In this document: positions 18,535-28,323 of the stretch, piece by piece
How the letters are laid out: each line of letters starts with the position of its first letter
Numbering within the stretch: the stretch's first letter is position 1
Program-made: the position numbers and the translations under genes
The notes under the pieces: generated by a model
Told to the model about the DNA's origin: nothing
What the model saw: only the letters and a program-made list of their open reading frames with translations
The model's database searches: none
Assembly (NCBI GenBank): GCA_964412635.1
Contig: CAYPPQ010000003.1
Span: 24,491-88,490 of the forward strand
Direction: 5' to 3'
Origin: an uncultured Planctomycetia bacterium
GTDB taxonomy: Bacteria > Planctomycetota > UBA8108 > UBA1146
DNA length: 64,000 nucleotides

Positions 18535-19509
18535 TCAACTCTTCTTCGTGGTGGATCGATTGCGTCGAAGAACCTCATCCGCGATCACGGCCACCAAGAT
18601 GATGGCACCGATCACTGCGAACTCGATGGAGTCGGGGATGTCATCGATCAGGACGATGGCATTGCGCAGGACCTGTACGAGAGTGGCCCCGATCAGCACG
18701 CCGATGACGGTTCCTTCTCCACCGCGCAGGGAGCAACCACCCAGCACCGCTGCTGCGATGGCGTACAGTTCGTAGAAGTTGCCGAAGTTGGATGGCTGGG
18801 CAGAACCTGTATCGAGGACGAAGAGAAGTCCGCCAACACCGCTCAGCAATCCACACAGGGCGTAGGCCCCGACCTTGACCCGGTCGACGGCGATTCCGCA
18901 GTGGCGTGCCGCGGTCTCGTTGCTGCCGATGGCGAGCAGGTGGCGTCCCCAGACGGTGCGATTGAGCAGGAGTGCAGCAACGGTCGCAACCGCAATGAGG
19001 ATCAGCAGGGGAGCGGGCAGTGCGAACTGTTCGGTGATGGGAATTTGGCCGTTACCGAGAGAACGAAGTGCGCTATCGGCGGTGCCGAAACCGACGGTGT
19101 TGTCGGCCAGGATGCCACGGGTGATTCCTCGATAGATGAAGAGTCCGCACAGCGTGACCAGGAACGGCTGTAACTTGAGCTTCGTGATGAGAATGCCGTG
19201 CATGAAACCCAGGCCGCTGGCGAGCAACATCAATCCTGGAACGACGATCCATGGAGAGACATCCATGCCATGGATGAGCCACGGGGTGAGACATCCGATC
19301 AAGCAGATCAGGGAGCCGATGGAGAGATCGATCCCTCCGGTGATGATCACCAGGGATGCGCCGATGCCGATGATGGCGAAGAGAGAACTGCGACGAAGAA
19401 GATTTTCGATGTTGGTGGAACTGGCAAAAGAAGGACTGATCAACGCCGTGAGGATGGCGACCGTGGCCAGCACGCCGAGGATCCCCAGTAACTTCCCATC
19501 TCGTTTCAT
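18535..19509 (-). CDS. Sugar ABC transporter permease (RbsC/AraH-type, 2 family)
   Basis: 324 aa, ~10 TM, with the typical branched-chain/ribose permease profile. Its start overlaps the ATPase stop (ATGA). Confidence 0.85.
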   Translation of the reverse strand: MKRDGKLLGILGVLATVAILTALISPSFASSTNIENLLRRSSLFAIIGIGASLVIITGGIDLSIGSLICLIGCLTPWLIHGMDVSPWIVVPGLMLLASGLGFMHGILITKLKLQPFLVTLCGLFIYRGITRGILADNTVGFGTADSALRSLGNGQIPITEQFALPAPLLILIAVATVAALLLNRTVWGRHLLAIGSNETAARHCGIAVDRVKVGAYALCGLLSGVGGLLFVLDTGSAQPSNFGNFYELYAIAAAVLGGCSLRGGEGTVIGVLIGATLVQVLRNAIVLIDDIPDSIEFAVIGAIILVAVIADEVLRRNRSTTKKS

Positions 19510-21005
19510 CGAAGATCCCCTCCTGTGGCCAGAGCCAGGATCTGCTCTTCACTGCTTTCGCTACTGGTCAGGCTACCCGTGATGCGGCCCTCGTGCATCA
19601 CGACGATTCGGTGAGATAGGGACAGCACCTCCTCCATCTCGCTGGAGGCGAACAGGATGGCAACCCCCTGGCGGGACAGTTCGCAGAGACGCTGGTGTAA
19701 TTCCTCGCGGGCGCCGACATCGACCCCTCTGGTCGGTTCATCGAGGAGCAAGACACGAGGTTTGAGAGCGAGCCACTTGCCGATGACGACCTTCTGTTGA
19801 TTGCCACCGGAAAGATCTCCGGCGGGCACATCGATGTTCGGTGGACGTACATCGAGTTGTTTGACCAGCTGCTCGGCGACCCGAGTTTCTGCAGTTCGAG
19901 ACAGCCAGCCCAGAGGACCCGCGTTGCGGTGGAGTCCGGGGAGTCCTGCGTTTCGAGCCACCGACATCTGTAGAGCGAGTCCCTGGGAGGCGCGCTCCTC
20001 GGGGACCAGGGCAATTCCGGCTTCGACTGCGGCGGAAGGATCGGCGGCGGGCAATCGCACGCCGTCGATGGAGACCTCGCCGTTTCGATCGCGAAGCCCG
20101 AAGAGGGCCTCGAGCAGTTCACTTCTTCCCGCTCCGACGAGGCCAGCCAGTGCCACACGTTCTCCTGCTCGCACCTGAAGGTCGAGGGCTTCGGGGTGAT
20201 GGGGACTGGTCAGTTGATCGATGTGGAGAGCCACATCGCCGGTACACTCCGCTTCTTGGGGCAACGATTTCAGATCTCTGCCGACCATCAGGCGGACCAT
20301 CTCGTTGCGCTGGATCTCATCACCTTCAAGGCTGGCGACATGGATGCCGTCGCGAAGTATCTCTACCCGGTCAGCGACCTCTTGCACCTCTGCAAGACGG
20401 TGGGTGATCAGCACGATGGCGGTGCCTGATTCCTTCATCGCCGTGATTCGATCGAGCAGGATCTTCGTCTCCGCCGGGGAAAGGGTCGCGGTTGGTTCGT
20501 CGAGCAGCAGAACACGGGCCTTCCCATCGAGGGCACGGGCGATGGCGATCAGCTGTCTCTGGCCGTGACCGAGGTTCTTGACCTCGACATCGATGGGCAC
20601 ATCGAGGGCAACCTGCTCGAGGGATTTCAAGGCCTGTTGCTGGCACTCTTTTCGATCGAGGAGTCCCAACGAGTCGCTCGGCTCCCTACCGAGTAGCAGG
20701 TTCTCTGCCACCGTCAGTGAATCACACAGTTCCAGTTCCTGAGGGATCCGGATGATCCCGCGGCGGATGGCGTCAGAGGTGTTCTGCAACTGAACCGGTC
20801 GGGTGTCGATCCGAACCACTCCCTCATCTGCACGGTGTACGCCGCACAGGATCTTGATGAGAGTGCTCTTTCCGGCACCGTTCTCGCCGATGATGGCGGT
20901 GATCTCTCCGGCACGGATCGACAGGGAGACATCATCGAGTGCCTTGACCCCACCGAACTGCTTCGTCAACGATCGTGCTTCGATGATGGGATCGTTGGAG
21001 GTCAC
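19506..21005 (-). CDS. Sugar ABC transporter ATP-binding protein with duplicated ATPase domains (RbsA/MglA-type)
   Basis: 499 aa. Walker A GENGAGKST, a second P-loop region, and LSGGNQQK signatures. Overlaps neighbours on both sides. Confidence 0.9.
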   Translation of the reverse strand: MTSNDPIIEARSLTKQFGGVKALDDVSLSIRAGEITAIIGENGAGKSTLIKILCGVHRADEGVVRIDTRPVQLQNTSDAIRRGIIRIPQELELCDSLTVAENLLLGREPSDSLGLLDRKECQQQALKSLEQVALDVPIDVEVKNLGHGQRQLIAIARALDGKARVLLLDEPTATLSPAETKILLDRITAMKESGTAIVLITHRLAEVQEVADRVEILRDGIHVASLEGDEIQRNEMVRLMVGRDLKSLPQEAECTGDVALHIDQLTSPHHPEALDLQVRAGERVALAGLVGAGRSELLEALFGLRDRNGEVSIDGVRLPAADPSAAVEAGIALVPEERASQGLALQMSVARNAGLPGLHRNAGPLGWLSRTAETRVAEQLVKQLDVRPPNIDVPAGDLSGGNQQKVVIGKWLALKPRVLLLDEPTRGVDVGAREELHQRLCELSRQGVAILFASSEMEEVLSLSHRIVVMHEGRITGSLTSSESSEEQILALATGGDLR

Positions 21006-22018
21006 TTGCCCAGTTTCTTGCGCATATCCTCACGGAAAGAGACCACTTCGTCCTTGCGGATGATCCTTGCGGGTACCTTGAGGATTCCATCTGCAGGAAT
21101 CGCCGTGCGATCACCGCGAGATAGCGACTCCAGCAACCTCATCGATGTGGCCCCGTACTCGTAAGGATTCTGAACGATGGTGCCGTGCACGGTGCCATCG
21201 ATGATGCCCTGCAAGGTGCGCTCGTCTTCGTCGAAACTGATCACCTTGACCTTACCGATTCGTCTCGATTGCTCGAGTGCCTCGAGGATCAGCGGGGTGT
21301 TGTAGGCAAACAGGCCGATGCAACCGGCGATGTCATCATGACGTGACAGGATGTCCTCGACATTGGCCTTTCCCTTGGCCATGTCGAACTGGTCGGTGAG
21401 GGTGGCGACTACCTCGAAGCCGTTGCCGATGATCTTTTCACCGGGCTTGTCGTAGCGGCTCGAATCCCACTCCCGGCCGAGGATCTGGTCGATGACACCC
21501 TGGCGACGCAGTCGTGCGTTGTCCTGTTCCAGTCGGCCGACGAAGATGGCCACCTTGCCACCCTCGGGGAGAGCTTCCTGGACCAGCTCACCGCACATCC
21601 TTCCCGCCTCGTAATTGTCGACACCGACGAAGCAGATCCGTTTCGAATCGGGAGCATCGGAATCATGGGTGATCAGCAGCGTTTGCTCGGCGATGCGATC
21701 GAGAAATGGAGTCTGGTTGGCGGGATCGATGGGGCTGACGGCGATGCCGTCGACACCCTTGACCATCAGGTCTTCGATGATGCGCTTCTGATCCGCCAGT
21801 CCATCGGGGGGCATGTGAAAGGAAGCCTCGACACCGATCTCGGAGGCGGCATCCTCGACCCCCTTGCCGGCCAGGACCCAGAAATCAGCGACTCCGTTGG
21901 TGACGAATGCGAGGTTGGGCCCGGCATTGGCGTAGGGGGGTTGTACTGACCCCTTGAAGGAAAACGCCAGGAAACCGATCAGGGCCAGGGCAAAGATGAG
22001 TGTGAAAATATTTCTCAT
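21002..22018 (-). CDS. Periplasmic sugar-binding protein (RbsB-like, PBP type I)
   Basis: Signal MRNIFTLIFALALIGFLAF. Periplasmic_binding_protein/LacI-like fold motifs. RBS GAGGAGGATCC. Confidence 0.85.
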   Translation of the reverse strand: MRNIFTLIFALALIGFLAFSFKGSVQPPYANAGPNLAFVTNGVADFWVLAGKGVEDAASEIGVEASFHMPPDGLADQKRIIEDLMVKGVDGIAVSPIDPANQTPFLDRIAEQTLLITHDSDAPDSKRICFVGVDNYEAGRMCGELVQEALPEGGKVAIFVGRLEQDNARLRRQGVIDQILGREWDSSRYDKPGEKIIGNGFEVVATLTDQFDMAKGKANVEDILSRHDDIAGCIGLFAYNTPLILEALEQSRRIGKVKVISFDEDERTLQGIIDGTVHGTIVQNPYEYGATSMRLLESLSRGDRTAIPADGILKVPARIIRKDEVVSFREDMRKKLGK

Positions 22019-22039
22019 GGGATCCTCCTCTACTTGAGA

Positions 22040-22801
22040 TCAGGGCAGGCAGACACCGCCGTTGACGTGGATGTTCTGTCCAGTGATGAAACTCGCTGAT
22101 TCACTGGCCAGGAATACCGCCGCTCCACCGACATCCGAGGGAACACCCCAGCGTTGCATCGGAATCACATCGAGGTAGCCCTGCTTGTCCTCTTCGGGAT
22201 CGTTCTCATGGCGCTCGACGGGGATCCAGCCAGGCGAGATTGCGTTGACGGTGATTCCATCCGGCGCAAGTTCGTTGGCCATACTACGGGTCCAGCCCAG
22301 CTGTCCTCCCTTGGCGGCAACATAGGCGCTGAAGGGAGAGAGTCCTCGGGTGTATACCTCACTGGCGATGTTGATGATTCGTCCCCACTTCTGGTTCCTC
22401 ATGTGGGGGAGCATCGCCCGGGTCAGCAGGAATGGACTCTTGATGAAGAAGTCGATCATCGACTGGTAGAAATCCCAGTCGTACTCCTCGATGGGCATCT
22501 GAGGTTGGGCCGGAGTGGCGTTGATGATGACGATGTCGACGGGACCGAGAGTTTCGGTGACTTCCGCAGTCAGTTGCTGGACTCCCACTTCGTCGGTGAC
22601 ATCTCCGCGAAAGAGGGCACCCTCGTATCCGGCATCCTTGAAGTCCGTGAGGGTCTGCTCCGCTCGTTCGACATTGTTCTGGTAGTTGATGGCAACTCGT
22701 GCGCCAGCAGCGCCACAGGAGTGAGCCATCGCTTTGCCGAGACCGGTGCTGGAGCCGGTGATGAGAACGGTGCGACCGGAAAGTGAGAAGGGATCAGACA
22801 T
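22040..22801 (-). CDS. SDR family oxidoreductase (glucose/3-oxoacyl reductase-like)
   Basis: TGSSTGLGKAMA Rossmann motif, catalytic YVAAKGG, and NAISPG. Confidence 0.85.
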   Translation of the reverse strand: MSDPFSLSGRTVLITGSSTGLGKAMAHSCGAAGARVAINYQNNVERAEQTLTDFKDAGYEGALFRGDVTDEVGVQQLTAEVTETLGPVDIVIINATPAQPQMPIEEYDWDFYQSMIDFFIKSPFLLTRAMLPHMRNQKWGRIINIASEVYTRGLSPFSAYVAAKGGQLGWTRSMANELAPDGITVNAISPGWIPVERHENDPEEDKQGYLDVIPMQRWGVPSDVGGAAVFLASESASFITGQNIHVNGGVCLP

Positions 22802-23156
22802 CGATAGGCTCCATGAGATTTCATGACAGGATTCAGGAATCGATCAGTGAAGTCATCAGAGTAGAGGGTCGCGGAACCGGGTCAACGGCCAAGCGAGACC
22901 CCAATCCGCTCGGTCACGAGCAGTCCGGGGGAGTTCTTGCCGTAGAAGGCCAAATTGCGACCATCAACGAATCCTTCATCTCTTCCCGAACCGATCTTGC
23001 GGGGTAGGAGTGTCCCCTGATTTTCCCCGATTTCTGGACACCGCCTGCTCACTGGTAGTGGAGTTGTTTTCTACCGGCCGGCGATGTCGGATCGATGATC
23101 TGAAAAATCAGCGGTGATTCGGATGCGAAGTCTCTGGAATCGACTAAAATAGAGCC

Positions 23157-23807
23157 ATGGTTCAACTGAAGAGATTCACACTATTCGCCCTGCTTCTGCT
23201 CGTCGGCTGCGCCGGGACCGGTGAGTTTGCACAACGGGGTCCAGCCATTCCGATGTGAGCGGGCTGACCGGGAGAAGGTGCCTCGGTCTGGGGCGCAGGC
23301 GAACTTCAGCATGGCGGTTGGAATGTCACCATGCGCTCCATCCTGGAGGAGGAGACCAACCGCGAACCCCTCGAGTTCAGCATCCTTCACAGGGTTCAGG
23401 ACAACCTCCATGTCGGTATTGAAGTCGGTGTCGATTCGGAGGAGCTCTATCCGGTTGCGAATTATCGGATCCTCGATGCAACCGAGGAACACCCGGCACT
23501 TGTCATCGGAACCAGCTCTGCCTGGCCCTCTTCAGAAGTCGATGGTAATGCGCTGACGTTGACCGCAGCTCAGATGCTCGGTTCCCAGTTTAGTGGTTCT
23601 ATAGGGCTCGCATATATTCTCGATAACTCCGACTGGAAAGTCCCCGGGTCGCTCCGATATGGCCTCGGGGGAGGTTACGAGGCGACGATGATCTACGATG
23701 GAGACGCTGTCCATCCGCTGATCACATGGCGGAATGATGCCTTCAGTTTCTCCTTCATCATGCTCGGTGCCGAGGATCCCACCATCTCGGTTACGGTCGG
23801 ATTCTGA
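23157..23807 (+). pseudogene. Outer-membrane beta-barrel lipoprotein gene interrupted by two in-frame TGA codons (23256 and 23265), or a 33-aa lipopeptide ORF plus a separate downstream ORF
   Basis: ATG 23157 encodes MVQLKRFTLFALLLLVGC with a perfect lipobox. Then TGA-GCGGGC-TGA occur in the same frame, which continues for ~180 aa and ends ...ISVTVGF, a typical OMP C-terminal Phe. Confidence 0.4.
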
Positions 23808-23978
23808 TCCTCCAGGGCGATCCTGATCGACACCCCCCCCTGTTTCGAAGCCGATGGCTCCAACGGAGCTGTAATTTGCCCAGATTCGGTGAATTCTCGA
23901 TATGTTTCGGTCCATCTCGCACCTGATTCCGGATCTGCCAGTAGAGAAACCGGATCATCCCGAGAGGAAATTCTGCTC

Positions 23979-25070
23979 ATGAAGGTCGTCATCATCGGAG
24001 GAAGCACCGCAGGGATTGCCGCCGGGCTCAGATTGAGCCAGGCGGGTCATGATGTATCCATCTATGAGAGACGATCTGGTGCCGGTAGCGGCGGTCTTGG
24101 CCTGTTGCTCACCCCTTCCGTTCAGCAGGGAATGAACAGGCTGGGTGTCGATATCGAAGGTATCGGACGGCACATCGATCAGTTCGATATTCGCGATGAG
24201 GATGACCTACCCATCGTATCCAGGACTCTCCAGCAGACGCTGGGAGTTGACCGCAAATCGTTCCTGGAACGACTCAGATCGAATCTGGATCCACGGATTG
24301 TTCATGAAGATATGAACTTCATCGGTTTCGAATCCGATGGAAAAGACAGCGTCAAAGCTGCTCTATTTGAGGATGGAACCCGGGTCGAGGGAGATCTATT
24401 CATCGGCGCCGATGGCGTTCGCTCGACGGTACGACAGGAGTGGAACGGTGGACCGCAACTGAGACCGACGGATAGTGTGGAGCTGGTCGGTACCTATCAA
24501 GGTGAACTTCCAGAGAGGTTGAACAGCGGCGCATTGAAGTTCATCTCCCAGGGTAATGGTCTTGCCATGGGAGTGGTTCCCACCTCTGACCGATCGGCAG
24601 TCTGGTACATGCAATGCGACCCCCGTCGCTGGCCCCAGAGTTTCTCGGGTGTCGAGGAACGAGCCCGGTGGATCCGCCAGATCGGCGAGCGGTTTCCGGA
24701 CCCGGTTTCGTCGATCCTCGCCGGATCAGACCTGCGAAAAGTTCATCTGTGGCGTACGACTGACCGGGATCTGCCGGAAAATTTCCATCGAGGGAACGTT
24801 CTCCTGATCGGTGATGCTGCTCACCCATTACTGACCTTCACCAGTCAGGGAACGGGGTCAGCCATCGAGGATGCCCTCGCCATCGGAGCACTTCTCGACC
24901 ACAATGTTGGCAACGGATGCGATCTGGATCGCCTGGGTGGAATCCTCGGGGAGTTTTCCAGGATACGGAAACCGGTCCTGAAGGCGCGACTGGTCATGGG
25001 GCGGAGTATGCAGGCTCAGTTCCTGCGAGAGACTTCCGAACAGGACCAGATCGTCCCTATCTGTGCCTGA
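23979..25070 (+). CDS. FAD-dependent aromatic-ring monooxygenase (salicylate/UbiH-like)
   Basis: MKVVIIGGSTAGIAAGL dinucleotide-binding motif, and GDAAHPLLTFTSQGTGSAIEDA FAD-binding motif. RBS GAGAGGA. The ORF track extends to 23889. Confidence 0.8.
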   Translation: MKVVIIGGSTAGIAAGLRLSQAGHDVSIYERRSGAGSGGLGLLLTPSVQQGMNRLGVDIEGIGRHIDQFDIRDEDDLPIVSRTLQQTLGVDRKSFLERLRSNLDPRIVHEDMNFIGFESDGKDSVKAALFEDGTRVEGDLFIGADGVRSTVRQEWNGGPQLRPTDSVELVGTYQGELPERLNSGALKFISQGNGLAMGVVPTSDRSAVWYMQCDPRRWPQSFSGVEERARWIRQIGERFPDPVSSILAGSDLRKVHLWRTTDRDLPENFHRGNVLLIGDAAHPLLTFTSQGTGSAIEDALAIGALLDHNVGNGCDLDRLGGILGEFSRIRKPVLKARLVMGRSMQAQFLRETSEQDQIVPICA

Positions 25071-26289
25071 CTGCAAGCATCTGCCGGGAGGACCATCTTT
25101 GAATTCCAAGTTCTCACCGGACTTTTTTTCATCTGAAGAAGTGAATTTACCACTACTTCGACAGCGAGCTTTCAATCTTCGCTGGGCTGAGGTCGATTCA
25201 GATGTCATTCCCTTGACGGCGGCAGACCCGGATTTTCCGGTCGCCCCACCGATCATCGAGGCGATCACCGCTCACGTTTCTGACGGAGTACTTGGATACG
25301 GACCCACGAGAGGGTTGGCGGATTTCCGCGAGGAGATCTCCGCTTCTCTTGAAGGTAGAGGGATTCCTTCCCATCCAGATCAGGTTCTTGCCACCGATGG
25401 GGCTGCCTCTGCACTGTGGGCAAGTTGTCGTGCCATGCTGGCAGCGGGCGATGAGGCGATCACCTTTGATCCTGTCGACTTTCTGTTGCCACACTGCAGC
25501 GAGGTTGCGGGGGCGTCGGTGGTGCGCTGTCCGCTGGAGCCGATGTCAGGTGCGATTCCCGAGGGATCTCTGGAGAAACTGGTTGGACCTCGTACCCGGG
25601 CGATCTTGCTCTGTAATCCCCACAACCCCACCGGGCGGGTTCTGCGCAGGGAGGAACTACAAAGGGTCGCGACACTTGCCGTGAAACATGACCTGGTGAT
25701 CATCAGCGATGAAGTGTGGGGAGACATCATCCTGGGTGACGTGCCGATGATCAGCATCGCTTCTCTCGGAGAAGAAGTGGCTCGAAGAACCATCATCGTC
25801 TCCGGGTTCAGCAAGACCTACGGTCTGGCGGGATTGCGAATCGGCTTCATTCATTGCGGAAGCAGGGTCCTCGCAGATCAGGTACTGGAAGCCTCAGGTG
25901 CTCCTCGTACTACCTTCGGTGCGTCGGTGGTTTCGCAGGTTGCGGCAGTAGCTGCAATGCGAGATTGTCAGCAGTGGCGAGGGGAATTTCTCCAGCACCT
26001 TCGACGGCTGCGAACGATCGGTACGGCAAGGCTCGATGCCCTCGATGGATTCCACTGCAACGAGCCGGAGGGAACCTACCTGTTATTCCCTGACATCCGG
26101 GAGACGGGTCTGGATGCATCCGACCTTTCCGCTGAACTGGAGGCGAAGGCACGAGTTGCTGTAGTGCCTGGAGAGGAGCGCTGGTTCGGTTCCGGAGCGG
26201 TGGGCCACATTCGCCTCTCTTTTGCCACCAGCGACGAGATTCTCGATGAAGCCTTATCGAGAATTGAAAGATGGAGTGAGGGCCGTTGA
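25063..26289 (+). CDS. PLP-dependent aminotransferase class I/II (MalY/PatB-like C-S lyase or aminotransferase)
   Basis: 408 aa. FSKTYGLAGLRIGF contains the PLP-Lys region, and LCNPHNPTG is present. Confidence 0.85.
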   Translation: MPDCKHLPGGPSLNSKFSPDFFSSEEVNLPLLRQRAFNLRWAEVDSDVIPLTAADPDFPVAPPIIEAITAHVSDGVLGYGPTRGLADFREEISASLEGRGIPSHPDQVLATDGAASALWASCRAMLAAGDEAITFDPVDFLLPHCSEVAGASVVRCPLEPMSGAIPEGSLEKLVGPRTRAILLCNPHNPTGRVLRREELQRVATLAVKHDLVIISDEVWGDIILGDVPMISIASLGEEVARRTIIVSGFSKTYGLAGLRIGFIHCGSRVLADQVLEASGAPRTTFGASVVSQVAAVAAMRDCQQWRGEFLQHLRRLRTIGTARLDALDGFHCNEPEGTYLLFPDIRETGLDASDLSAELEAKARVAVVPGEERWFGSGAVGHIRLSFATSDEILDEALSRIERWSEGR

Positions 26290-26292
26290 GGC

Positions 26293-28323
26293 TCACTTCT
26301 TTTGATGCAGTTGTAAGTGGTCGATGGAGACGGCATTGAGCGGGTCATTGCGCAATCCCACATGGTAGTCGTGACAGGTGGAGCAACTGGAGTCGATCTC
26401 TTGACCATGACAGTCGGTGCAACGGTCTCGAGTGATCGCCTTCCAGTCATTGCTGTGCTGCGGATCGTTGGCGAATTGATGACAGTCGAGGCAGTTCATG
26501 CTCGATCCTTGAAGTACGTGAGGACGGTGGGAAAAGCGGGTCGATTGCGGGGACGATACGGATCGCATCGACTCTGGTGACCAGTGAACCCGAGGGTTGC
26601 CATACTTCACCCCGAGGTGGCAGGAAGCGCAGTTGCCTGCGGCCAGCGGGCCAAAGACCTGCTCGAATACCGACTCGGAATCCGGGTCTGAACCACCGTA
26701 TCTGGCTTCGATGGTGGCCCATGCTTCGATGAACGGATCAGCATGCTGAACCGGCCTGTAACGAATCGATGGCTCCTCGAAATACCATCCTCCAGCAGTG
26801 GCCCATTTCTCCACATCCACGTTCTTCATCGAGGTATCCGGTTCGTCAGTGGACAGATCTTCATCTTCGGAATCATCGAGTAGAAGATCGTCCTCTTCAT
26901 CCCCGGAATCATCGAGTAGAAGATCGTCCTCTTCATCCTCGGAATCATCGAGTAGAAGATCGTCCTCTTCATCCTCGGAATCATCGAGCAGGAGATCATC
27001 CTCTCCAGCCTCTTCTTGCGTCGATTCCTGGTCTTCAGCGCTGTCCGACCGATCATCCTGCTCCTGTGGAGCAAACCAATCGGAGCTGGCCTTCATCAGT
27101 ACCGATCTGGGCAGCTGTCCTGACAGCTGGGCAATCTGTGAACGATCGAGCCCATCCCGGACGGAAGGGGCGACGAGAGAGCGAGTGAAGAGTTCGAGAT
27201 CGGAACTCAGTGCGTCGGCAACTCCCTCCTTGAAGTGACGGGCCAGTTGTTGCGCTGCCGACAGAACTTCATCGCTTTGATCTTCCAGTGAGTAAAGTTC
27301 CACCGCTGACAGTTGTTCCAGCTTCGAGTTGTCGATCCCTGAACTTCGAATCCAGCGCAGGCTCCATGCGGTGGGAAACTCTGAACCGCCATAGGGCCAG
27401 CTTCCGATGTCCTTTTCCGCCTCAAGAAGTGAACCGGTGTCGAGTGCGGGGATGGAAAGGACCTCGATCCCTTTCTGCTTCCCGGTGGCCTCGTGTCCAC
27501 TGATGGAATCGGCATGGCAGGGCGCGCAGGAAACCTCGAAGGGTTTCACGATCATTCGTTGCTGATCTGGTCCGAGATCATGGCAACCATTACATGAAGC
27601 GGGAGCCAGGTCCGGAAATTCATCGAAGTGCTTTTTGGCGTGGTCGGCATGGTCGAAAATGATTGCTCGCTCCGGTTGACCAAAACTACTGCTGAACTCC
27701 GGGTGACCATCGGACAGCGAAGCGAATCGCTGCTGGTGACACGATTGACAGCTCGAGTCGGAGACCTGCGTCACAGGATCGCTGGGATGGTGTTCCCCAT
27801 GACAGCGAGCGCAGGCAACATCTTGAACCGGAGTTGCCGTTGCGGGGGAACCGTTGAATAGCGACTTCAGATGGTCAGGAGATACTGAATGAGGATCTCC
27901 CCCGAATTCTCCGAGGTCGTGGCATTCGAGGCACTTCATCGAGGCATGGGGATCTCCCTGCCCCATCACTCCTCGGCGAACAAACTCCATCGATGCCATT
28001 TCCACCGGCTGATGGCAATCGGCACAACTGAGATGTGCATGAAAGGAACTCAGCGAGCCAGGGTCGACTAACGATTCATCGTTTCCGGAGATGGCCATCA
28101 TGACGAGACCGCAGGTCAGCAAGACTGCTCTTCGAAAGTACTTTTGCCGTGTCTTTCCCTCGCTGGGCACGGGGATACATGGAGATTCGGCATCGGGGCA
28201 GCGACCGCTCGGTGACGGACCGGCGCAACACTGACCATCCCTGTTGCCGCACTGATAGGGTTGATCAGGGCGGAGGTAGTTGACGAATCGAGCATCGAAA
28301 GGGCTGCGCTTCTCCCGCATCAT
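26293..28323 (-). CDS. Decaheme c-type cytochrome with an internal acidic (DDLLLDDSEDEE)x4 repeat
   Basis: Ten CxxCH motifs: CADCH, CLECH, CARCH, CQSCH, CNGCH, CAPCH, CASCH, CLDCH, CTDCH, CSTCH. N-terminal hydrophobic anchor YFRRAVLLTCGLVMMAI. Last gene of the operon; its start overlaps the upstream stop (ATGA). Confidence 0.8.
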   Translation of the reverse strand: MMREKRSPFDARFVNYLRPDQPYQCGNRDGQCCAGPSPSGRCPDAESPCIPVPSEGKTRQKYFRRAVLLTCGLVMMAISGNDESLVDPGSLSSFHAHLSCADCHQPVEMASMEFVRRGVMGQGDPHASMKCLECHDLGEFGGDPHSVSPDHLKSLFNGSPATATPVQDVACARCHGEHHPSDPVTQVSDSSCQSCHQQRFASLSDGHPEFSSSFGQPERAIIFDHADHAKKHFDEFPDLAPASCNGCHDLGPDQQRMIVKPFEVSCAPCHADSISGHEATGKQKGIEVLSIPALDTGSLLEAEKDIGSWPYGGSEFPTAWSLRWIRSSGIDNSKLEQLSAVELYSLEDQSDEVLSAAQQLARHFKEGVADALSSDLELFTRSLVAPSVRDGLDRSQIAQLSGQLPRSVLMKASSDWFAPQEQDDRSDSAEDQESTQEEAGEDDLLLDDSEDEEDDLLLDDSEDEEDDLLLDDSGDEEDDLLLDDSEDEDLSTDEPDTSMKNVDVEKWATAGGWYFEEPSIRYRPVQHADPFIEAWATIEARYGGSDPDSESVFEQVFGPLAAGNCASCHLGVKYGNPRVHWSPESMRSVSSPQSTRFSHRPHVLQGSSMNCLDCHQFANDPQHSNDWKAITRDRCTDCHGQEIDSSCSTCHDYHVGLRNDPLNAVSIDHLQLHQKK
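26869..27012. repeat. 4 x 36-bp tandem repeat inside the decaheme cytochrome gene, encoding (DDLLLDDSEDEE)n
   Basis: The unit ggaatcatcgagtagaagatcgtcctcttcatcctc is repeated head to tail with 1-2 substitutions. Confidence 0.85.

Noticed and set aside
23250-23270. TGA recoding (selenocysteine or an alternative genetic code) at the two in-frame TGAs
   Set aside because: TGA is a working stop for many confidently called genes in this window, for example phnA, kdsC and the redox-operon overlaps. I see no obvious SECIS-like hairpin. Pseudogene or split ORF is more likely.
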